Assembly: GCA_048885765.1 (NCBI GenBank)
Contig: JBHLLI010000050.1
Location: 3,003 to 27,002 of the forward strand
From: Candidatus Hermodarchaeota archaeon
Lineage (GTDB): Archaea; Asgardarchaeota; Lokiarchaeia; Sigyniarchaeales; SOKP01
Direction: 5' to 3'
Length of the DNA: 24,000 nt
In this document: piece by piece, positions 1 through 6,260 of the stretch
How positions within the stretch are numbered: position 1 is the first letter of the stretch
Layout: every line of letters begins with the position of its first letter
Position numbers and translations under genes: made by a program
Notes under the pieces: model-generated
Seen by the model: only the letters and a program-made list of their open reading frames with translations
Told to the model about the DNA's origin: nothing
Database searches by the model: none

Positions 1-447
1 ATTTATAACAATCCTGTTAATTTGAAGGAGTTATTAGATACTTATAATGCAGTACTTATAGATTTTTTCCGAGGTACTTGGTGAACTTATTGAAAGGAGG
101 AATTAGAAAATCTTAAAAAACGTGATCAAGAGTTTAAAGAACGAAATATTAAAATCATTTCAATAGCTAGTGATACAAATAATCTGTTAAGAAAATTCAA
201 AGAAGAAAATCAATTTCCTGTTGTTATGATTTCTGATCGTGGTGCTAAGATTGCTAAAGACTATAATGTCTATTGGTTTGCTGAAGGTTGGGGAACACTT
301 AAAGTAAAACAAGCTATGCCAAGTAAATTTTTAATCAATAAAGATGGTAAGATTGTGTGGAAATACGTTGGAATAGATAAAACAGACAGACCATCAGTAG
401 GAGCAATGATTCTTCTTATTGATAAATACATTAAAAATCCCAATTAA
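1..447 (+). CDS. Redoxin / AhpC-TSA family thiol-disulfide oxidoreductase (peroxiredoxin-like); 5' end lies outside the window; candidate selenoprotein with a U-x-x-U redox motif
   Basis: Frame 1 is open from nt 1 to TAA 445-447 except for two TGA codons at 82-84 and 91-93. Translation: ...NAVLIDFFRGTW-[TGA]-TY-[TGA]-KEELENLKKRDQEFKERNIKIISIASD...NQFPVVMISDRGAKIAKDYNVYW...MPSKFLINKDGKIVWKYVG. This follows the redoxin pattern (F-x-R-G-x-W-C-x-x-C, vv-IS-D, fP-x-l-D, yGV, P-x-tF-lI-d-dG-I). The TGAs fall exactly on both Cys of the CxxC. The ORF track reports only the tail after the last TGA (226..447). Confidence 0.7.
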
Positions 448-510
448 GAATGATTTGAGTATGAAAAATCGAGATACTCATGGACTGCCTTGTGAGGGTT
501 TTGGGATTTT
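434..510 (+). promoter_or_regulatory. Candidate SECIS element (3'-UTR stem-loop) serving the redoxin gene
   Basis: Inner hairpin 456-462 (TGAGTAT) pairs with 474-480 (ATACTCA), with an 11-nt A-rich loop GAAAAATCGAG. It is flanked by 5' ATGA (450-453) and 3' GA (483-484), which could form tandem sheared G.A pairs. An outer 10-bp helix pairs 434-443 (AAAATCCCAA) with 501-510 (TTGGGATTTT). The element starts at the stop codon (445-447). Confidence 0.45.
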
Positions 511-545
511 ATTTCTTTTTCTTTTTTGAGATTTCATTTTAATAT

Positions 546-728
546 TTATGGATTAAACCTTATATATCTAATGAAACGTTTAATCAATGAATTATATCTA
601 AATCCCGTTTCATAATGATACCCACATCTAAAACAATAATGTCGAGCACAATCCGAGCAATCTTCGCGATTTATGGAATAGTCATCCATAAAATCTCCAC
701 ATTTATCACAAATCGTACTTGATAACAT
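546..728 (-). CDS. Small Cys-rich (zinc-ribbon-like) hypothetical protein
   Basis: 60-aa ORF with three CxxC pairs (CDKC, CSDC, CFRC). No recognisable family. It is convergent with the redoxin gene. Confidence 0.4.
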   Translation of the reverse strand: MLSSTICDKCGDFMDDYSINREDCSDCARHYCFRCGYHYETGFRYNSLIKRFIRYIRFNP

Positions 729-830
729 AATACTACATAGACAATAAACTATATTTAAATCAAGGAAGTAGGACGATTTTGTAATAAAACAAAAATTTGA
801 TTTGGATTATTGTTTTGGTTTTTTAAAACT

Positions 831-1703
831 TTATTGTTGATTTTTTACATAGCTAGCTTCCATATAAAATCCAAGAAATATAACACCAAATATGATTAAA
901 TCAATTATTTCTACTACATTTATATATGAAGTATTTTCACCAAGAATACGTTGAAATAACGGTCTTAATATCTGGGAGAGTAAATATGCTGCAAACCCAA
1001 TCATTAAAATAAAAGAATTTACCTGTGAAAGCCGCTTATTTCTATGTGAGAATGCAAAAAGCCACACAATTACCAAAAGAGATGGAATAACTACAGCGGG
1101 TAACAATACACTTATTGAAGGCGTATCAGAGACTATTATAACTGCAGTAGATTCAATTACAACAACTATTATAACTATTATCAAACTAGATTTATTTCTT
1201 GATGTTTCATCTCTAAGATTTTGGAATTTATCTCTTAATGATAGCGAAAACAAAATCATCGTAGTACTTAAATAAATTAATGAAAGCACAGTAAAGATGA
1301 TAATAAAGTACCTGATTTTAATAACAAGTAAATTTAGTGGTTCAGGAAAGTAAAGATAAGTGAAATCAAAGAATAAATCTATCATTTTACCAAATGTCAA
1401 AAGAAGAAAAAAGATACCGAATAAGAAAGGAATATCTGAAAGAAATTGTTGCTCCTGCTTAAACCATTTGAAAAACATATACATTGAACTTCCAAAAAGT
1501 ATAAGAATTCGAACTAAGAGGATAATAACTACTAATTCCATCCCTTGTATATCGTTATAGGCTTGAATAATAATATCTAAATTCAGGAAATAGAGAATAA
1601 ATACCGACATAAAACCTATTAAAGAACCTGTTGAAAGCCCTAGCTTGTACCAATTACTTTTTTTCATATAAATAAACCTCTTTTTAAAAGTGATTTTATT
1701 CAT
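831..1703 (-). CDS. Polytopic membrane protein (about 8 predicted TM helices), unknown function
   Basis: 290-aa ORF made of repeated hydrophobic ~20-aa stretches separated by short polar loops. An alternative start is at M13 (nt 1667, MKKSNWYK). Confidence 0.6.
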   Translation of the reverse strand: MNKITFKKRFIYMKKSNWYKLGLSTGSLIGFMSVFILYFLNLDIIIQAYNDIQGMELVVIILLVRILILFGSSMYMFFKWFKQEQQFLSDIPFLFGIFFLLLTFGKMIDLFFDFTYLYFPEPLNLLVIKIRYFIIIFTVLSLIYLSTTMILFSLSLRDKFQNLRDETSRNKSSLIIVIIVVVIESTAVIIVSDTPSISVLLPAVVIPSLLVIVWLFAFSHRNKRLSQVNSFILMIGFAAYLLSQILRPLFQRILGENTSYINVVEIIDLIIFGVIFLGFYMEASYVKNQQ

Positions 1704-1789
1704 ACAATTTTTAAAAATTATTAATAAAAAGTAGTCACTTTTTTCCCAAATCCAAACTATGATAGTTTGTAGAGAAATTATCCTAAATT

Positions 1790-1810
1790 AAAAAAAAAGA
1801 AAAAAAAGAG
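1790..1810 (-). terminator. Oligo-T tract downstream of the histone gene (archaeal-type terminator candidate)
   Basis: The + strand reads A9-G-A9-G-A, which is a long T-rich run on the minus strand. It lies about 45 nt after the histone stop codon at 1855. Archaeal RNAP terminates at oligo-T. Confidence 0.35.
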
Positions 1811-1854
1811 CTGAAAACATTAAAATCGCGAAAAATTGAATTATTGGATCTGAT

Positions 1855-2061
1855 TTATATTAATCCAATAGCGATTTTCATATCTGCAGCGGTAACTTTC
1901 TTTCTACCGGAGTGTTTAGCAATATCAAGCGCGCAACCAGTTAAACTTTTAGCATATTCTTCTAAATAATCCATTAATTTATCAACTGCGGCTCGACTTA
2001 CAATTTCCGCTCCAGCTTTTTTCATTAGAGCCCGTAGTGGACTCCATGCAAATGCAGCCAT
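1855..2061 (-). CDS. Archaeal histone (HMf-type histone-fold protein)
   Basis: 68 aa. The sequence PLRALMKKAGAEIVSRAAVDKLMDYLEEYAKSLTGCALDIAKHSGRKKVTAADMKIAI matches the archaeal histone pattern (P-x-x-R-I-x-K-x-AGA-x-RVS, A-x-HAGRKT-v-x-x-x-Di). Length is typical for a single histone fold. Confidence 0.9.
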   Translation of the reverse strand: MAAFAWSPLRALMKKAGAEIVSRAAVDKLMDYLEEYAKSLTGCALDIAKHSGRKKVTAADMKIAIGLI

Positions 2062-2539
2062 TTTATTTTTCCTCCACTTTATTTATAATTTTTTTTATTC
2101 TTTTTTTTTGAGAGTATTTAAATTTTAATTAGTATTTCTTATATTTAAATATGTTGTTTGATCATCATTGATCCGATAAATCTGATCATTCAAATATGGT
2201 CGACAAAAAAAATTGATGAAATAAACTTATAAATTTTTTAATAGTTAATTCGATCATTTACATATGATTAATTTTTGATTTCAGATAATAGAATTGTATG
2301 ATCAATCATGGTAACTTTGATATACTTTGGTGAAATATTCCAACCTTATTACAATATATATTACGCAAGATAAAAGATAGGATATTATATACTATATAAT
2401 TTTTACATAATAAAAATTCTGAGACATTAATTTCAAGTTTTATGAAACTTATTATTTTATAACGAATTTACTTATTACTTGCGTTATATTTTATTTTAAC
2501 CAAATATAAATATAAAATATTAATTTAGGATTTTTAAAA

Positions 2540-3610
2540 ATGATGGAAGTTAATTCTAAACTCTTAATAGTATCTGATATTCATCTAGGTTCTTTAGATA
2601 GCGAAAGGGAGTTATTTTTACAATTTTTAAATAATATTTTGAATGGAGAGCATGGGAACAATTTACAGATACTTATTATTTTAGGGGATTTTATTGATTT
2701 ATGTACAGACGTTACAAAAACTCTATTGAAAAGAGATAAAATCCAAGAAATTTTAAACACTTTAATAGAAATTAAAAAGAAGATTAATCTCATATTAGTT
2801 CTTGGAAATCATGAAATTCCTGTTACTGGAGACTACGATGAAAAATTTAAACGTCGAAAAGAAAGATTTTTAAAACGGTTTGATAGGAGTGATTTCAAGG
2901 AATTATTTGAAAAGGAATTTTGTTGTCATTATTTAGTGTTAAAAAAATGGAACAATGAGGATATGCTTTTATTGTATGATGATAGAAATGAAATAGAAGC
3001 TAACCCTAATAATCAGGTAAGAATTCAAGGATTAGATTTGGATAATGATTATACGTGCCTTATGACACATGGTTATCAATTTGATGGCGATTTATATAGA
3101 TTCTTTGTCGGGCAAATATGGAAATCATTAATTTCCAGCAATAATTTTGAGGTTAAGGAGACATATGATTATTTCTGGAATTATATAATAAAGAATGGAA
3201 GAAAAATTAAACCAATCACTTATGAAATGATGAAGTTGGAATTGGCGAAACTAAAGAATAAATCCTTAGAATTTGTCGATAACTTATTTATAGAATTAAG
3301 TAATTTGGAATTTAATTTAATTAAAGCTAATATGCGTGTATTGAAAAGATGGCATCACGCAAGTAAACCAGATTATTATTTTGACGAAATTAAGGCTTTT
3401 TTAGAAGATGAAAATTATAATTTATCAAAAATAAATCATTTAATATATGGTCATTCACATCATAGTGGAATTTCTTATGGCACTATTAACAATCAAAGAG
3501 TTGAAATAATGAACGATGGTGCTTGGCAACATGTGCAACCCTCATATGTCGAAATTTTATCAAAAGGAATGTTAAAGTTGCGATCTTTTTCTGATAAACC
3601 TAAATCATAA
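2540..3610 (+). CDS. Calcineurin-like metallophosphoesterase with a large inserted cap region
   Basis: The ordered metallophosphoesterase motifs are present: SDIHLG (DxH), ILGDFIDL (GDxxD), LGNHE (GNHD/E), MTHGY (H) and YGHSHH (GHxH). Confidence 0.8.
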   Translation: MMEVNSKLLIVSDIHLGSLDSERELFLQFLNNILNGEHGNNLQILIILGDFIDLCTDVTKTLLKRDKIQEILNTLIEIKKKINLILVLGNHEIPVTGDYDEKFKRRKERFLKRFDRSDFKELFEKEFCCHYLVLKKWNNEDMLLLYDDRNEIEANPNNQVRIQGLDLDNDYTCLMTHGYQFDGDLYRFFVGQIWKSLISSNNFEVKETYDYFWNYIIKNGRKIKPITYEMMKLELAKLKNKSLEFVDNLFIELSNLEFNLIKANMRVLKRWHHASKPDYYFDEIKAFLEDENYNLSKINHLIYGHSHHSGISYGTINNQRVEIMNDGAWQHVQPSYVEILSKGMLKLRSFSDKPKS

Positions 3611-3735
3611 AATATGTTTGATATTTTTCACCTCTCAATATTAAATTATTTTTAAATGTTCATAACCTATAAATCCCAGCTTTTATTTTTTAATATTAAG
3701 TTTATTTTTTTTAGCATAATACAACTTTTAACTCT

Positions 3736-4344
3736 ATGTCTGTGCCTACAAATACTACTTCTGAGATCGATAGTAAAGAGAAACCAGCCTATATTTTTAA
3801 AATTACAATTTTAGGGCAGGAACGAGTAGGCAAAACTTGTATTGCTAGAAGATTATGTTTCAATACCTTTGATGTTAATACAAAAGAGACCTTGGGTATT
3901 GAATTTTATACAAAAGATATACCTATTGTTGTTGATGGTGATAATACATTTGTACGACTTAGTATATGGGATTTTGGTGGACGAGAACAATTCAAAAAGT
4001 TATTTCCATATTATATTAATGGTGCGAATGGAATTTTCATGGTCTTTGATCTGATAGATCTTCAAACATTATTAAGGTTAGACTGGTGGTATGACAGACT
4101 TTCAGAATATAATCACGCTCTTACGCCCAGAATGTGTATTGGAGCTAAGAATGATTTAGTGAAGACTGCTGATGAGAAATCTAAAGTGGATGATTTAGTA
4201 ATTAAAAGATTCATGGAAAGACATGATGAAAACGATTTTTTTAAAACTTCTTCAAAAGAAAATTGTAATATTGATGTAATTTTTAAACAGCTCCTTATCA
4301 AAATACTGCAAAAAAATGCCCTAGATTTTGATCGAATACCATAA
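3736..4344 (+). CDS. Ras-superfamily (Rab/Ras-like) small GTPase
   Basis: G1 is GQERVGKT. Switch I is Rab-like (ETLGIEF). G3 is WDFGGRE. G4 is GAKNDL. G5 is TSSKE. At 202 aa it has no C-terminal prenylation Cys. Confidence 0.85.
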   Translation: MSVPTNTTSEIDSKEKPAYIFKITILGQERVGKTCIARRLCFNTFDVNTKETLGIEFYTKDIPIVVDGDNTFVRLSIWDFGGREQFKKLFPYYINGANGIFMVFDLIDLQTLLRLDWWYDRLSEYNHALTPRMCIGAKNDLVKTADEKSKVDDLVIKRFMERHDENDFFKTSSKENCNIDVIFKQLLIKILQKNALDFDRIP

Positions 4345-4349
4345 AGAAA

Positions 4350-5315
4350 TTATATTAGGATAACTATTACTCCTAAAATGGTTATTATAACCCCAATAAA
4401 GCCAAATCTAGATATCCTCTCCTTATTAACGAGATATGTTAACGGAAGTGCAAACAAAGGACTTGCAGTGGCTATTAATGAGACTAGGTTTGCTCCTGCG
4501 AGGTGGACTGATTCAGTATATAAATATGCACCTAAGGAGGTTCCAATTAATGACCCCCCTAATAAGAACATCCATGTATATATTGATTTCCTCTGATATG
4601 AGGGATTGGGCTTTTTTTTTATTAGATATTCTTCTCTTAATACCATTGAGCCTAAAATCATTAATGCAAATGGGAACCTAATTACATTCCCTATAATAGA
4701 ACTTAATTCTTCAACATAAATAATTTGGTCTATTTGAACAGTTGCATATTCAATTAAAACTGCCCCAATGGCCCAACCTATAGATGCTGTAAAACAGAAT
4801 CCTATTGCTTTGATATATTTTTTCTTTTGAGATTCTATTATTAAAATCTCTTGGTTTGCATTGGTATCTAGTTTTACTTCCCTAGGTATACTTTTTGATC
4901 TTCCTATAATTATTACCCCTATTCCAATCAATATGAGTGATAAAACTAAGTTGAGCTTAAATGGTTCATTAAAGAATACTAAAGATAAAATAAAAGTAAA
5001 AAGTGGAAATGTCATTGAAATAGCCAGAGCTATTGTAGTTCCCAAATCCTTTTGAGCAATAAAATAAGCAGTATCTCCGATCACCTGCCCAAATACAAAA
5101 CTTAAAATCAACAACAACCATAATTCCCAAGATACGACAAAAATCAGATTTAACTGATTTAAGATTAGAATAATAAAGAAAAATGTTAATGTACCAATAG
5201 CAGTTCGAAAAAAATTGATGAATGTTGGACTTACTTCCAATTCGGTCTTGCGGAAAATCACATTAGAAACAACAAATGTAAAAACAGCTGATATTGCGAC
5301 AAGTTTACCTAACAT
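4350..5315 (-). CDS. EamA/DMT-superfamily transporter (10 TM, two EamA halves)
   Basis: 321 aa. Two ~140-aa halves of five hydrophobic helices each are separated by a charged loop (SIPREVKLDTNANQEILIIESQKKK). This layout is typical of the drug/metabolite transporter family. Confidence 0.7.
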   Translation of the reverse strand: MLGKLVAISAVFTFVVSNVIFRKTELEVSPTFINFFRTAIGTLTFFFIILILNQLNLIFVVSWELWLLLILSFVFGQVIGDTAYFIAQKDLGTTIALAISMTFPLFTFILSLVFFNEPFKLNLVLSLILIGIGVIIIGRSKSIPREVKLDTNANQEILIIESQKKKYIKAIGFCFTASIGWAIGAVLIEYATVQIDQIIYVEELSSIIGNVIRFPFALMILGSMVLREEYLIKKKPNPSYQRKSIYTWMFLLGGSLIGTSLGAYLYTESVHLAGANLVSLIATASPLFALPLTYLVNKERISRFGFIGVIITILGVIVILI

Positions 5316-5356
5316 TGATATTAAAAATAAAGAAACACATAAATTGTTTTGTATTG

Positions 5357-5965
5357 TTATTCTTGCTTATCCACAACATTTTCAAGGTAAACTTTTAAAT
5401 CCGCATTGCAATTATAACAAAATAATGGAATAGATTCAAATTCTATTCCACATTTTGGGCAAACCTTTTTACCTAAACTGGCAATTTCATGTAAATCTTC
5501 TGTTTTTTGTCTAAATCTGGAATCTAAAATTTTTTTAATAAAAATGGAAAGACCAATTGAAAAGATAATTAAAACACTTCCAAGCAGTATTGTATGTGTA
5601 AAATGAAATAGAAAAAAAGAACTGAAGTAATCAACTGAATATCTAGATAAAAAAACGTATGTGAAAAAGTTAGGAAAGAAAAATGTTAGTAGATTCATTG
5701 AATAGGCTTTTTTAAAATTAATATAAACAATTATTGGAATTACTGAAACCAAAATCCATATTAGATAAATAAAAAATAAACCAGGTAATATATTAAACAG
5801 AGTGTAGTTAGCAAAGAATTGTACTATTAATTTTTGTTCGATTGTTGTATCCCCATTGAAACTAAGATTAATTTGGTAATTAAAATAAAATACAACTAAA
5901 TTTAATATTAGAGTTTGAATTAGAAAGATGCAAAATTTATTTCTAATAATTTTGGTAATCTTCAT
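5357..5965 (-). CDS. Membrane protein with a C-terminal cytoplasmic zinc ribbon
   Basis: 202 aa with 4-5 hydrophobic helices, followed by CPKCGIEFESIPLFCYNCNADL (CxxC-x13-CxxC). Confidence 0.6.
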   Translation of the reverse strand: MKITKIIRNKFCIFLIQTLILNLVVFYFNYQINLSFNGDTTIEQKLIVQFFANYTLFNILPGLFFIYLIWILVSVIPIIVYINFKKAYSMNLLTFFFPNFFTYVFLSRYSVDYFSSFFLFHFTHTILLGSVLIIFSIGLSIFIKKILDSRFRQKTEDLHEIASLGKKVCPKCGIEFESIPLFCYNCNADLKVYLENVVDKQE

Positions 5966-6260
5966 TATTAGTTATCTAAATATTTCAAAGAATAAAACTC
6001 TTCTAAATAATTCCTAATCTAAAATTGGGTGAATTAAAAAAAAAAAAAAAAATTTTGCTATAGTTAAAGAATTCTATTTGAAATGCCCAAAACAGTAAAA
6101 TTTTTAATATTTGCTATCTTTACTAATATACAGTGGAAGACTCGTATTCTTATTTTTTAAATATGGCATATTATAACCATTATAAAGGATGTTTTCTCCG
6201 ATGATTTGTACTTCTTCTTCAAATTCAATTTATGCAAGTATTTTTAGAGGTATTTAACTT

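Noticed and set aside
82-93. The two TGA codons in the redoxin gene might simply be nonsense mutations (pseudogene) or evidence of TGA reassignment
   Set aside because: A pseudogene is unlikely: both stops hit exactly the two CxxC cysteine codons, the rest of the frame is intact and family-like, and a SECIS-like structure follows. Genome-wide reassignment is unlikely because TGA terminates L30e, the GNAT and the S13-like gene in this same window. Neither alternative can be fully excluded without the rest of the genome.
2161-2219. C-box-like sequences (ATGATGA on the minus strand at 2161-2168; TTGATGA on the + strand at 2213-2219) suggesting a C/D box sRNA
   Set aside because: No matching D box (CTGA) at the expected ~50-60 nt spacing and no terminal stem on either strand.
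2062-2539. 478-bp very AT-rich intergenic region with several GATC-containing near-repeats (TGATCAT at about 2159, TGATCC 2169, TGATCATT 2183, CGATCATT 2251, TGATCAAT 2299); considered as a replication origin
   Set aside because: There is no adjacent orc1/cdc6 gene and no recognisable ORB/mini-ORB inverted repeats flanking a DUE. The short motifs are degenerate and expected at some frequency in AT-rich spacers. It is more simply the divergent promoter region of the histone and phosphoesterase genes.
1360-5433. Short ORFs 1360..1560, 2581..2793, 3842..4054, 4113..4301, 4378..4596, 4436..4681, 4861..5055 and 5215..5433
   Set aside because: All are nested in or antisense to longer ORFs with clear membrane-protein or enzyme signatures. 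Their products lack motifs and look like frame shadows.
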